Assembly (NCBI GenBank): GCA_963740315.1
Contig: CAVUDP010000002.1
Span: 1,568,001-1,632,000, forward strand
Source: an uncultured cyanobacterium
Lineage (GTDB): Bacteria > Cyanobacteriota > Cyanobacteriia > Cyanobacteriales > Nostocaceae
Direction of reading: 5' to 3'
Length of the DNA stretch: 64,000 bases
Part shown: one piece after another, positions 9,711 to 20,064 of the stretch
Position numbering within the stretch: the first letter of the stretch is position 1
Layout: each line of letters opens with the position of its first letter
Program-made: the position numbers and the translations under genes
The notes under the pieces: model-generated
Seen by the model: only the letters and a program-made list of their open reading frames with translations
Told to the model about the DNA's origin: nothing
Database searches by the model: none

Positions 9711-11036
9711 ATGTTTATTCCAAAAATGCGTTTTGTATTAGGTTTGGCTAGTTTTTTATTGGCTGGGAGTGTGAGTAGCTATGCTTATGGTTATTCAGAT
9801 CGGTGGTTAACTCCAAATAATAATTCTCTACAAAATATCAACAATACATCTTTGAATCGGCAGAATATTTCGACCGTACCCCAACAGCATTTAACAAATT
9901 CAAGTCTAAAACTAACTTCTAGTTTTTCGCTTCCACCCGATCCAGCATCACCAACTAGGTTAACAAATAATCTATATCAACCTCAGCTACTAGCGCAGGC
10001 TTACAAAGTTATTGACGAATTAAAAAAATATCAATATAGCATTAATGGCAATAAGCTTTTTAGTCCTGCCAAATTACCCAGCAGTAATAAAGTTAGTTTC
10101 AATCAATCGGATTTATTATCGACTTTAATCAATACGAGACAATATTATCAAGATCATGCTAATGATGACCCTAATATTTTACGTCCGGGGGTGCTTGGTA
10201 CTCAAGGAGTATCTGTAGAAGATATCACAAAAACTCTTGATTTTATGATTGCTGTATTGCAAGAAGATATTGCCAATAATCGTCCGACTCGTTTACAAGA
10301 CCCCAATTTTATCAACTCTAATTTTCGAGTTATTAGATGGTCTGCTTATAATCCCAAACAACCCCAACGCAAAAATTTACGAATTACTAAATACGCTGTC
10401 TTTGTTCATCCTGGTTCTCGTAAGAAAACTGCTAAATTCAATATTCCTCTCTACAGCCTCAAAGATAACGGCAGTACGGATAAATTCTACACTAAATACA
10501 CTAAACAAGATGTATTATCGGGTATTTACGAACCTGGTGGAAAAGAATTTGGTAAAGTTAAACCTATCGTTTATATGTCAAGAGAAGGTTTAGAAGAAGC
10601 TTTGATGGAAGGAACAATACTGGTTGATTTGGGTGGCGGTTCTTCTGCTTACTTTAACGTTGATAGAAGTAATGAAATACCTTATGTCAGAGGAAAAAAT
10701 CGACGTTTGCAAAAGCGTTATTGGTATTTTAGAGAAGTTAAGGATATTAAAGGATATGGCTATAAAATAGATGAAAAAATATCTATTAAGTCAGGAGTCA
10801 CTTTTGCTGGCGATGTACTGAATGTTGGTTTGGGTAGAATGATAGTTATCGAGTATATGAAAAATGGTCGCAGACACTTGAGAATGGGAGTTGTTGCAGA
10901 TACTGGTGGTGCGTTTTTACCTAACTTTCATCAACTTGATTTTTTGGCGGGTATTTTCAAAAGTAAAAATAGTTTTAACCGATATATTAAGCAATTACCA
11001 ACCTACGCGAAAGCATATATTTTGATCAAAAAATAA
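9711..11036 (+). CDS. secreted protein with a probable MltA/3D-like C-terminal domain
   Basis: Signal peptide; VADTGGAF...QLDFLAG resembles the 3D/MltA DTGGAI...D motif. Confidence 0.5.
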   Translation: MFIPKMRFVLGLASFLLAGSVSSYAYGYSDRWLTPNNNSLQNINNTSLNRQNISTVPQQHLTNSSLKLTSSFSLPPDPASPTRLTNNLYQPQLLAQAYKVIDELKKYQYSINGNKLFSPAKLPSSNKVSFNQSDLLSTLINTRQYYQDHANDDPNILRPGVLGTQGVSVEDITKTLDFMIAVLQEDIANNRPTRLQDPNFINSNFRVIRWSAYNPKQPQRKNLRITKYAVFVHPGSRKKTAKFNIPLYSLKDNGSTDKFYTKYTKQDVLSGIYEPGGKEFGKVKPIVYMSREGLEEALMEGTILVDLGGGSSAYFNVDRSNEIPYVRGKNRRLQKRYWYFREVKDIKGYGYKIDEKISIKSGVTFAGDVLNVGLGRMIVIEYMKNGRRHLRMGVVADTGGAFLPNFHQLDFLAGIFKSKNSFNRYIKQLPTYAKAYILIKK

Positions 11037-11051
11037 AGTACTTATTGCCTA

Positions 11052-11405
11052 CTAAATGCCTATTTGCGCTTGTGTATTCGTAAATAGGCGCATCAGAGTT
11101 TGAGGTAGGTTGGTAATTTCTCGAATTAAGTCTTCAAAGGAAACACCAAAAAATCCGAGAATAACGACGATGATGAAAACAGCAACTGCGGTACTAATAG
11201 TAGTTTTTAGTACTTTTAATAAAGCTTGAAAAACTATCCAACCTACAATCAGTGCAGCAATTAAAACAATTAATTCAGTTGGCACGATCGATAAATTACC
11301 TAATTTGAAATAAATAGAGCTTGGGCTTTGATTCTTCGAGTTCAATAACAGCCAGTGGAGGGAACCCCCAACATTGCGCTGTTTCACTATTTTTTCAGAG
11401 TGCAA
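11052..11405 (-). CDS. small membrane protein (true start probably near 11283)
   Basis: Two hydrophobic helices (ELIVLIAALIVGWIVF; AVAVFIIVVILGFFG). Confidence 0.6.
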   Translation of the reverse strand: MHSEKIVKQRNVGGSLHWLLLNSKNQSPSSIYFKLGNLSIVPTELIVLIAALIVGWIVFQALLKVLKTTISTAVAVFIIVVILGFFGVSFEDLIREITNLPQTLMRLFTNTQAQIGI

Positions 11406-11520
11406 ACTTTAGGACAAGTAAATTAGAATACTCTCTTATTGATTATACGGTTGTGCGATTTGCTGATGGGGGGAACCCCTCGCGATCGCTTACCATTTAG
11501 AGACTACAACTTCATATCGG

Positions 11521-12234
11521 CTAATTCAGGATATCTTGCAATTTCACTACCATTTCGGTACGCGAGGAAACTTCTAATTTACGAAACATTCGCTTTAAAG
11601 CTTGTTTGACTGAGTTTTGCGTAATCCAAAGTTCTGCACCAACTTGTTTATTAGTTAAACCCCGTGCGACAAGTTGTACTATTTGGATTTCGCGGGGTGT
11701 GAGACGATCGCTTAAAGTTGAGTTAAATATATGTTGAGTTTGTAGCGCTGCGATGCAGGCTGAGATATGAATGCAAACACCGCTTAAATCGGCAATATTT
11801 TGATAATTAAATGTAGTAGTTTCACCTACACGTGCAAAATGAATCGCACCAATAAGCTTTCCTTTACCAACTATAGGTCCCGTCATGATATGTTCGTGGT
11901 CGTAATAGGCACAGCAATTTTTATATAATTCGCATTGCTTCCAACCACCGTGAGGTAAGACCATTTCTTCATGGGCTGGTGCATGATGTTCGGTAACATA
12001 ACGCAGCACCGGGTCAAGATTACGACCAACTCTTGCGTAAAGTTCGATAAAGCGATCGACATTAGGTACACCCTGAACTTCAACCGAGCTATAGGAAGAA
12101 TTTTCATTAAACATATAAATTCCCCAACGCTGTACGCCGAAATGCTCGCCAACCATATCCATAAAGCGCATTCGCAACTGATGTTCGTTTTTTGCTGTGG
12201 CTATAGCCTGAAATAGATTGTGTAGATTAGCCAT
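11521..12234 (-). CDS. GAF + LuxR HTH transcriptional regulator
   Basis: C-terminal LTPREIQIVQLVARGLTNKQVGAELWITQNSVKQALKRMFRKL. Confidence 0.9.
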   Translation of the reverse strand: MANLHNLFQAIATAKNEHQLRMRFMDMVGEHFGVQRWGIYMFNENSSYSSVEVQGVPNVDRFIELYARVGRNLDPVLRYVTEHHAPAHEEMVLPHGGWKQCELYKNCCAYYDHEHIMTGPIVGKGKLIGAIHFARVGETTTFNYQNIADLSGVCIHISACIAALQTQHIFNSTLSDRLTPREIQIVQLVARGLTNKQVGAELWITQNSVKQALKRMFRKLEVSSRTEMVVKLQDILN

Positions 12235-12318
12235 TTTAATTAAAGTGTACCCAGTTGAGGACTATGCAAATTTTGAAGTCATTTTTAGCATAGTAAATAA
12301 CATTTAGAAAAAAGAAAA

Positions 12319-13020
12319 ATGACTAATCAGCCTAAATATCACATCGGTTTAGTTATTTACCCTGGTATGACTCAGCTTGATATAACCGCACCCCATCAAG
12401 TATTTTCCTTGATTCCCAACGCTTGCGTGTATCTGTTGTGGAAGAATTTGCAACCCGTAACCAGCAATGAAGGGTTAACTATTTTACCAACGACGATTTT
12501 TAATCAATGTCCGCAATTAGATGTTATTTGCGTTCCCGGTGGTGCGATGGGATTTGTGCAGACAATGGCTGATTCGGAGGTACTGGAATTTCTGCAACAG
12601 CAATCTAAAACGGCAAAATATATAACTTCTGTATGCACTGGTTCTTTAATTCTTGCTGCTGCTGGTTTGTTACAAGGTTATCGCGCTGGTTGTCATTGGC
12701 TGTTTCGCGAACATTTGGCAATGCACTCAGTTGAAGTTGCAACAGAAAGGGTGGTAATAGATCGAAACAGAATTACAGGTGGTGGTGTAACCGCTGGTAT
12801 TGATTTTGGGTTAGTGGTTGTCAGTCAGCTTTGCGGCGAGGAAACTGCAAAAATGATTCAGCTTTTGCTGGAATATAACCCCGCACCGCCGTTTAATACA
12901 GGTTCCCCCGAAAATGCTGGAGAAGTTTTGGTCGAACAAGTGAAGAAAATTGGGCATCCTTTACTTGAAGCAACTTTGGCTCAGACAAAAATTACAGCAG
13001 CTCTCTTTTTAGAGACGTAA
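12319..13020 (+). CDS. DJ-1/PfpI family protein (isonitrile hydratase-like)
   Basis: TQLD, VPGG, SVCTGSLILAAAGLL, TGGGVTAGIDFGL, EYNPAPPF. Confidence 0.9.
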   Translation: MTNQPKYHIGLVIYPGMTQLDITAPHQVFSLIPNACVYLLWKNLQPVTSNEGLTILPTTIFNQCPQLDVICVPGGAMGFVQTMADSEVLEFLQQQSKTAKYITSVCTGSLILAAAGLLQGYRAGCHWLFREHLAMHSVEVATERVVIDRNRITGGGVTAGIDFGLVVVSQLCGEETAKMIQLLLEYNPAPPFNTGSPENAGEVLVEQVKKIGHPLLEATLAQTKITAALFLET

Positions 13021-13090
13021 CACTGCGGAATCCCTATATTTTTGTTTGTATCAAAATTTTACTGAAATTCAGCGAAATAGTACCGCACAA

Positions 13091-13561
13091 TCAAGCACTT
13101 TCAAGTCTGGCGAAACCAAAGGTAACGTTAAATTGCTCGCACCAAATAGCTACGGATTTGAAGTCATCAAGATTAATACTTTCAGGGATTGCATATCTTT
13201 GGGCATCAGTGAAGCTTTTTAAAGGTGCTAGTGTCACATAATCTTTCTCTTGGAGGTTGACAGGTACGCTTCCATTACGATGCAATACGACTCTTACCAA
13301 TGGTCCTCTTGCTGTATCGAAGTCTTTGCCAAATTCTAAATAGCGTTTGCCGCCAGTATTAATAATCTTTACTGTACCAGTGGTAGGGTGTTCTTGTTCT
13401 GTAGTGACGAAGCTACCTGAAGCGACAACAGATTGAGTTACGAGTCGTGTATTTTGTGAAGGTTTGGCTACTGCAACATAAGAATTAATTAAAGAGTAGC
13501 GAACACCAGCAAAAAACAAAGCAGATGCAAGTCCAAAGCTAGCTAATTTGTTGAGTTTCAT
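13091..13561 (-). CDS. DM13 domain protein
   Basis: Signal peptide; GSF...HPTTGTV, SVAIWCEQFNVTFG. Confidence 0.85.
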   Translation of the reverse strand: MKLNKLASFGLASALFFAGVRYSLINSYVAVAKPSQNTRLVTQSVVASGSFVTTEQEHPTTGTVKIINTGGKRYLEFGKDFDTARGPLVRVVLHRNGSVPVNLQEKDYVTLAPLKSFTDAQRYAIPESINLDDFKSVAIWCEQFNVTFGFARLESA

Positions 13562-13689
13562 AATCTTGTCGCTCCTTGCTGAAATTTTGTTTTTTGTGTG
13601 ATTTCCTTTGATTACTAATATGAAGCAGGAGTCTGAGAAGCTGGTGATGAACAGTTGAAGATTGCTTAAGATTAATATGAGAAAACTGA

Positions 13690-13720
13690 AAAACCCGGTT
13701 TTTTTTTAAAACCGGGTTTC
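13690..13720. repeat. palindromic AAACCCGGTTT...AAACCGGGTTT repeat (related copy at 44030-44058)
   Basis: Inverted repeat with a second similar copy in the window. Confidence 0.6.
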
Positions 13721-13850
13721 TAGATTTATGAATTATTCAATTGTCTTTCCCCCATTAAAAAAACCCAAGCAGTCTTGCCTGAGCCATGAACGAATCAAAA
13801 TTTATTGACCAAACTAAAAGACTAAACTATTTAAGTTAAACCAATTAAGC

Positions 13851-14150
13851 TTAGTAGCGGTTGCGGAAATTGTTATTTCTCCGATTACCACCAAAGGAGT
13901 TTCTCTCCTCTCTGGGTCTTGCCTTATTTACTTTAAGGTCGCGTCCCATCCATTCAGCGCCATCGAGAGCTTCAATAGCTGCTGCTTCTTCATCTTCTGA
14001 ACCCATCTCAACGAAACCAAAACCGCGTACTCTACCTGTTTCGCGGTCGGTAGGAATTTGAACTCGTCTTACAGTGCCATATTCTGCAAAAACGGCGTTC
14101 AAGTTTTCCTCTGTAACGTCGTAAGAAAGGTTGCCTACGTAAATTGACAT
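13851..14150 (-). CDS. cyanobacterial RRM RNA-binding protein (Rbp family)
   Basis: RNP2 IYVGNL, RNP1 RGFGFVEM. Confidence 0.95.
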   Translation of the reverse strand: MSIYVGNLSYDVTEENLNAVFAEYGTVRRVQIPTDRETGRVRGFGFVEMGSEDEEAAAIEALDGAEWMGRDLKVNKARPREERNSFGGNRRNNNFRNRY

Positions 14151-14156
14151 GGATCG

Positions 14157-14197
14157 TCTCCGAAATCATGAGTGTGTAGAGATTTACATTTCGGAGA
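14157..14197 (-). promoter_or_regulatory. rbp 5'-UTR inverted repeat covering the RBS
   Basis: TCTCCGAAAT...ATTTCGGAGA 10-bp IR ending 6 nt before the ATG; the GGAGA RBS lies in the stem. Confidence 0.65.
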
Positions 14198-14689
14198 TAA
14201 GTCTGTGAATACTAAAAACAAACGCTGTCTACCGAATTCTATTCTCCTCGGTAAGTATAACATACAGAAGTAGTAATGGGGAGATATTAATTTCTAGTTT
14301 GTTAATTAGTAATCCAATTTATTTATAAGAGGATAGGTCGATGGCTTCTACTTCTATATAATCCCCATTTTTTATTTATTCGATCTAGCAACCTAGATAT
14401 ATTACTAGTATTTAAAAATATCAGTATTCTTCGAGTTTTCTGGTATCATTTGTTATCTATTTTTTTTCAATTAACTATTGACTTTTAACTTACCGGAATG
14501 CATCACGAGCAAGCCCGCTTGTTGCACCCGGTTTCTAAAAGTAAGAATAATTCGTTACGAGACGAAAATATTCCGGGAATAGGGATAGTGGTGCATTCAG
14601 CTAAAGCTCGAATTATTGCTTTGTTAAAACTTGTTAAGATCGACAGCAATTATAAAAGCGCTTTGCATTAGAAAACCTTATTTTTATAA

Positions 14690-15550
14690 TTAAATAACCA
14701 AATAGTTATATTTTAAACACCCTTGTAAATGTCCTCCCAGCCAAGCAGCATCTAACAACCATCTCACTAAGCTTTCTTTATCGCGGACTTTAATCAAAAA
14801 TTTCAAAGGAAGAATTACAGCATCCTTAGAAAAATTCCGCCATTTAATTAATTTAGGCATTCCCATTTGTTGATGTTTTTGATGTAGCAAAATATCGTAA
14901 CAAGCTAATCTCCAACAACGACGGTACATAGCTTTAATAGTGTCGCGAAACCGAAAATAAATTACTGCATCTGATGCGGATTCAAGTTTTATACCCGTTT
15001 TTTGTATTCTCCAGCAGTAATCTATATCTTGAAGTAACAGCATCGTTTCGTCGAAACCACCTACTGCATTATGAACCGAACGTTTAACACCAAGATTGTT
15101 GCCCCCCGCATATGGAAAATATATGTAATCTTTGATTCCGTTAGCTTCTCTTAATCCGCAGCACTTGACTACCCAGGGTTCGTTTAGTTTTGCATAATCG
15201 CTACAACCAGCTACAAAGTCATGCTTGGAAAGTGCTTCGATCATTGCTGCTACCCACACAGAAGTAACTTCATCATCAGCATCGCAAAATGCTAAATTCT
15301 CTGATATAGCTATACTCGCGCCGACATTGCGAGCATGGGCTGAACCTTTAGTAGCTGATGCATCAGCTATACGTATATTAGGTAGATTCTGCTGATATTG
15401 TTTAACAATCTCTAAAGTTTCATCTGTTGAACCGTTGTCAGCAATAATAATTTCCCAAGGTTCGGAGCATTGCTGCTTGGTGAAAGCCTCTAATTGAGCC
15501 GCAATAGTATTAGCTGCGTTAAAACATGGAATGACAACACTTAACTTCAT
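14690..15550 (-). CDS. glycosyltransferase family 2
   Basis: LSVVIPCFN, DNGSTD, ARNVGA, FCDADD. Confidence 0.92.
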   Translation of the reverse strand: MKLSVVIPCFNAANTIAAQLEAFTKQQCSEPWEIIIADNGSTDETLEIVKQYQQNLPNIRIADASATKGSAHARNVGASIAISENLAFCDADDEVTSVWVAAMIEALSKHDFVAGCSDYAKLNEPWVVKCCGLREANGIKDYIYFPYAGGNNLGVKRSVHNAVGGFDETMLLLQDIDYCWRIQKTGIKLESASDAVIYFRFRDTIKAMYRRCWRLACYDILLHQKHQQMGMPKLIKWRNFSKDAVILPLKFLIKVRDKESLVRWLLDAAWLGGHLQGCLKYNYLVI

Positions 15551-15829
15551 AAAAACCTAGTTTCTTGTTAATTAATTTGATTGCGTATATCTAGCGTAAT
15601 AGTAAAAATACAGTTTGTTTTTTGACGTTTTTATCTGTAAAAAACAACACTAGAAATTAAAAATCATTCACACAAATAAACAATAGTTTATTATTTACTT
15701 TATAACTTACTATCAAAAGCTGTTAATTACCTTGAATTAATGGTGAATTTTCTGTAAAGATAGTTAAATATAAATATAAAAAAATAAGTTCTTTTACCCA
15801 AACGATCGCGCGATCGCAGGTTCGGGAAC

Positions 15830-16516
15830 TTGTTTATAAAAACACAGGGTCTTATGAAAGATAATCAGTTTAGTGATACATCCGATGTAAGTGTTGCCGA
15901 AAGTAACTCGCTAACGCCAGAACAGTATCGTAAAAAAATGCAGCGACGTAAAGAAGTGCAAGACCAAAGAATAGCAGACGCTTCTCTCGAAAAAGGTTTA
16001 ATTATTGTCAATACTGGTAATGGTAAGGGAAAAACGACAGCATCTTTAGGAATGGTGCTGCGTTCTCTCGGACATGGCTATAAAGTGGCAATAATTCAGT
16101 TTATCAAAGGTGCTTGGGAACCTTCGGAAAAAAAAGCATTTAGTGTTTGGAAAGAAAACGGACAGTTAGAATTTCATGCGATGGGTGAAGGATTTACTTG
16201 GGAAACCCAAGATCGCGATCGCGATATTGAAAAAGCTCAAGCAGCTTGGGATAAAGGATTAGAATATATCCGCAATGAAGAGTATAAGGTAGTACTTTTA
16301 GATGAAATAAATATAGCTATTAAAGTAGGCTATTTAAGAGTTGAGGAGGTATTAGCTGGATTGGAAGAAAAACCTGAAAGAAATCATGTAATACTAACAG
16401 GTAGAGGCGCATCTCAATCGTTGATCGAACGAGCCGATTTAGTTACCGAAATGAACTTAATTAAACACCCTTTCCGCGATCAAGCTGTCAAAGCACAGCC
16501 CGGAATTGAGTATTAA
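15830..16516 (+). CDS. cobO: cob(I)yrinic acid a,c-diamide adenosyltransferase (start probably ATG 15854)
   Basis: TGNGKGKTTA, QFIKG, LLDEIN, TGRGA, ADLVTEM...KHPF. Confidence 0.95.
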   Translation: MFIKTQGLMKDNQFSDTSDVSVAESNSLTPEQYRKKMQRRKEVQDQRIADASLEKGLIIVNTGNGKGKTTASLGMVLRSLGHGYKVAIIQFIKGAWEPSEKKAFSVWKENGQLEFHAMGEGFTWETQDRDRDIEKAQAAWDKGLEYIRNEEYKVVLLDEINIAIKVGYLRVEEVLAGLEEKPERNHVILTGRGASQSLIERADLVTEMNLIKHPFRDQAVKAQPGIEY

Positions 16517-16555
16517 GATTGGTTAGTTGTTAGTTTTAACTAACAACTAACAAGT

Positions 16556-17356
16556 TTATTGAAAATTAGCTTTACAGGCTTTTAAAATATCTCGGTCATT
16601 ATTCCCAACGGTATCAAGCTGATAATAATCTTGTAATGTAACCGAATAAGCATAGTTTGATAACTCATTACGACCGACAGACGGCAAACTATTCCTCGAA
16701 GCTACTTGAGTTGGGTGAATATCTCCAGCATAACCTTTAACAGTCATCGCTATTTCACCTGAATTATCTAAAGTTCCTTGGAAGCAATTAAACTCCGAAG
16801 AAGGCATATACATTGCACCTACAACCTTACCGCCAAGTTTTTCAAAGACAATATACCCTTTACCAAATTGTCCCGGTTGCTGCGAACTTCCATAAAGAAA
16901 TACACCATTTTCATTCGGAAAATTTGTTTGAGGTATCGCTGCTTTAATAGATGCTTTATCCTCAGAAATTCTTGCTATCGGACTATTTACACTTTCCAAT
17001 TCTTGTGTAACATCTTCAGAACTAGAAGTATTTCGCTGTATCCAAGTATAAGTTTCGCCAGGAGATACCCTAACTACAGGTTGTGATTCGGGAGACGAAC
17101 TATCTAGCACCTTTCGCAACCGCGCTGACTTTGAAATCGATTCGGAAGTAACTCCGGTATTTTCATCTTCCATCCAAATATGGACGGGCGTTTGTTCTTC
17201 CACACTTTCTGATGGAGATGTTGTTTGCAGTCGAGCAATTTGTTCGGATAATACTGGCTGAGCGCGTTGACTTATTGCACCAATAGCTATAACTATGCCT
17301 AACAAAGGAACTGCAAAACGACGGGGTGGAATAAATTTATTGATACGTTTAAGCAC
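16556..17356 (-). CDS. conserved cyanobacterial hypothetical exported protein
   Basis: NGVFLYGSSQQPGQFGKGYIVFE...GAMYMPSSEFNCFQG domain. Confidence 0.65.
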   Translation of the reverse strand: MLKRINKFIPPRRFAVPLLGIVIAIGAISQRAQPVLSEQIARLQTTSPSESVEEQTPVHIWMEDENTGVTSESISKSARLRKVLDSSSPESQPVVRVSPGETYTWIQRNTSSSEDVTQELESVNSPIARISEDKASIKAAIPQTNFPNENGVFLYGSSQQPGQFGKGYIVFEKLGGKVVGAMYMPSSEFNCFQGTLDNSGEIAMTVKGYAGDIHPTQVASRNSLPSVGRNELSNYAYSVTLQDYYQLDTVGNNDRDILKACKANFQ

Positions 17357-18182
17357 CCGATTTCTCCTCTAAATGAATGTTTATCCGCGTGATGTCTAAA
17401 ATCAAACTACGTGTTTTGTTTGAGTAGTGCTATTAAAACTTTAATTTATATTGTCCGGTTAAAAAAACCGTAAGTTCTTAAAATTTCTGTTTAATTTCTC
17501 AATGTTGACTTTATACTACCATTGCTATAAGTGTTCGTATTCTTCCTTATGGTTGACTTAAAAGGATGAATTAGAAAAACAACATATCCTCAAAAATAGA
17601 TACATAAATTTAAACTTTTTAACCTTTGTCATCTTTCTATTGACATATCTTAATTTGCAAAAAGTTATAACACAGACTTCGGAGTTACAGAACAGAACCC
17701 AGTTTACACAAGACTTTCAAGGCTTATAAACATTGACAAACAGCATTTTGATTATTTATAAAAATTTATAATTAATTGTTTATCTCTGAAAATATGAAAT
17801 AGATAAATTTGCTAATTGTTTTGGCGAGGCACTTGAAGAGAAACCAATTATTAACAGATTATTTATGGATTTTTACATAAATTTTGATAACTACATCAAA
17901 TCATCATGCTATATAGCAATTTTATATGTGATGAAAATTTGATGTAATGAACTACCTGTATCCGCGATCGCCCAGATACAGGTTTCCGACTCTTCGCTTG
18001 AGCAACTTGCTTGAAACTTCCGCACCAAGTAGAGGTTAACCGATCTGAGTTTTTCGATCGCACAAAGGGCACGGGTATACATTGTGGGGAGTAATCGGGC
18101 GTATCTAGAGCAATACGAAAAAAATCGCCCCCCTTGTGGGAGGCGCGTCGTAGGTAATCTATTCGATTGCGACATCTAGTTA

Positions 18183-19166
18183 TTAACTAGCGACATATTC
18201 TTTAACATTGGCACGACGGCGACGTAAATGAGCAAGTGCTTGATGCTCTAATTGACGAACCCTCTCGCGGCTAAGACTCAAACGTTCGCCGACTTTGGCT
18301 AAGGACATTTCATTGCCATCATTTAATCCAAAGCGTAAAGTCAAAACTTCCCGTTGTTGGGGGGTAAGCTCCGCTAATAAGTTGTTCAAGTCTTGACGTA
18401 AGAACTCCTGAGTTGTGTAATACTCTGGTGACGGACCGTCATCTTCGAGCATCTCTTGTAACTCAGTATCTTGATTGTCACCAACTCGTACATCCAAAGA
18501 AACTGGTTGACGAGCCATGTTCAAGTACTCGCGAATCTGTGCTGGTTCCAAATTCAACTCTTTGGCAATTTCGTTCGGAGCTGGCGATCTTCCCAACTTC
18601 TGAGCAAGTTCGCGCTGTACTTTTTTGATTTTATTCAGCTTCTCAGTAATATGAATTGGTAAGCGAATAGTTCTTCCTTGCTGTGCGATCGCACGAGTAA
18701 TCGCTTGGCGAATCCACCAGTAAGCGTATGTGGAGAACTTATAGCCGCGAGTAGGGTCAAATTTTTCTACACCCCGCTCTAATCCTAAAGCTCCTTCCTG
18801 AATTAAATCCAGAAATTCCATGTTTCGCTTCTGGTACTTTTTAGCGATCGCCACAACTAAGCGCAAGTTTGCTTCAATCATCTTCTGCTTAGCGCGTTTA
18901 CCTTCAAAAACCGTCTTTTTCAGTTCGGTTTCGGGTAAATCAACTTCAGTTATCCACTCGGATAAGCTAACTTCTCGCCCCAGCTTCTTCGCTAAAGCCT
19001 CTTTTGCTTCGACAAGCTTCATCATTTTTTGCACCTGCTTCCCGAAAATAATTTCTTGCTCGCGGGTAAGCAACGGTACTCTACCAATCTCGCGCAGATA
19101 GGTTCGCACCATATCAGCCGTAAACTTGGTATTGTTTTTCTCAGCTACAGTGTTTTCGATGGGCAT
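18183..19166 (-). CDS. group 2 (RpoD-like) RNA polymerase sigma factor
   Basis: DMVRTYLREIGRVPLL, ANLRLVVAIAKKY, DLIQEG, GYKFSTYAYWWIRQAITRAI, SRERVRQLE. Confidence 0.95.
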   Translation of the reverse strand: MPIENTVAEKNNTKFTADMVRTYLREIGRVPLLTREQEIIFGKQVQKMMKLVEAKEALAKKLGREVSLSEWITEVDLPETELKKTVFEGKRAKQKMIEANLRLVVAIAKKYQKRNMEFLDLIQEGALGLERGVEKFDPTRGYKFSTYAYWWIRQAITRAIAQQGRTIRLPIHITEKLNKIKKVQRELAQKLGRSPAPNEIAKELNLEPAQIREYLNMARQPVSLDVRVGDNQDTELQEMLEDDGPSPEYYTTQEFLRQDLNNLLAELTPQQREVLTLRFGLNDGNEMSLAKVGERLSLSRERVRQLEHQALAHLRRRRANVKEYVAS

Positions 19167-19973
19167 TGGTGCGTCTTCCTCTACTCCGTAAATACGATGA
19201 GTATTTAATTACTTGGGAGGGCATGGAAAATAATATGTTTATACTAGTCTAGGAGCTAATAGAAAATACCTTCAGAAAATCCTTAAACTGTGTAGGGATT
19301 TCCCAGACGGCGAACTTTCCCCATCAGTTCCCCAGCCTCCCTTTATTTATCAATCCCCTAGAAGTAAACTTTTATGGTTTCAACAATTTATCTGTTTTCC
19401 TGAGTCGCTAACAGCAACACTTAAATATGAAGTCAGTATGAGTTTTACTTAATTTAATATTACGACATATTCTGTCGATAGTAAAGAGCTTCAAATAAAT
19501 CTTTCCATTATAATGCATTAGCAGCAGCTTTGCCAAAAAAGATAACTAAATATCCTTTTTGCGAATGACTTTATATATATATAGTGACGTGAAAAAAGCT
19601 AATCCGGTTCTCCGCAAATAGCCGGATAACCGAACTTAAGGGGATTTGTCATGGGTGGATGTCACTAAATTAAGCTATTGCGGAATCGGGAATTGTGAAT
19701 TTGTAGTCATATTGTTGTCCTGTAGTCAGTATTTTCGCCGTTCCCAGCTTAAAAATACTCTATCTGAAGGTTAGTTTAGGACATAGAAAAGGATGACATC
19801 GCAATGTATCGTAGTATCCTATATTTGCAACACCAGGCACTCAGACTTATCAAGCTTAACCAAAATCATTAGATAAAAATGAATGATATTACACTCTCAG
19901 AATCTTGAAATCGCGTCAAGCAAACTGGATTACATTTTGACAGAGAGGGTTGAGGGGGGAGAACAAGTTAGGA

Positions 19974-19997
19974 GTACTTCGACAAGCTCAGTAACCT
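19974..19997 (+). repeat. 24-nt dispersed element GTACTTCGACAAGCTCAGTAACCT inside an STRR array
   Basis: Other copies at 23770-23793 (-), 28063-28085 (-) and interrupted at 32767-32815. Confidence 0.85.
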
Positions 19998-20064
19998 TAT
20001 TGAGTGAGGAGTTATGAGTTATAAATTCATAACTGGTAACTGTTCACTGCTCACTGCTCACTGA

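Noticed and set aside
14490..14650. GC-richer patch with a short open frame between rbp and the GT2 gene
   Set aside because: No start codon or motif I can support.
17909..18175. 88-aa ORF or possible ncRNA downstream of the sigma factor, with a hairpin around a HIP1 site (17954-17983)
   Set aside because: No recognisable protein or RNA family; a single hairpin is insufficient evidence.
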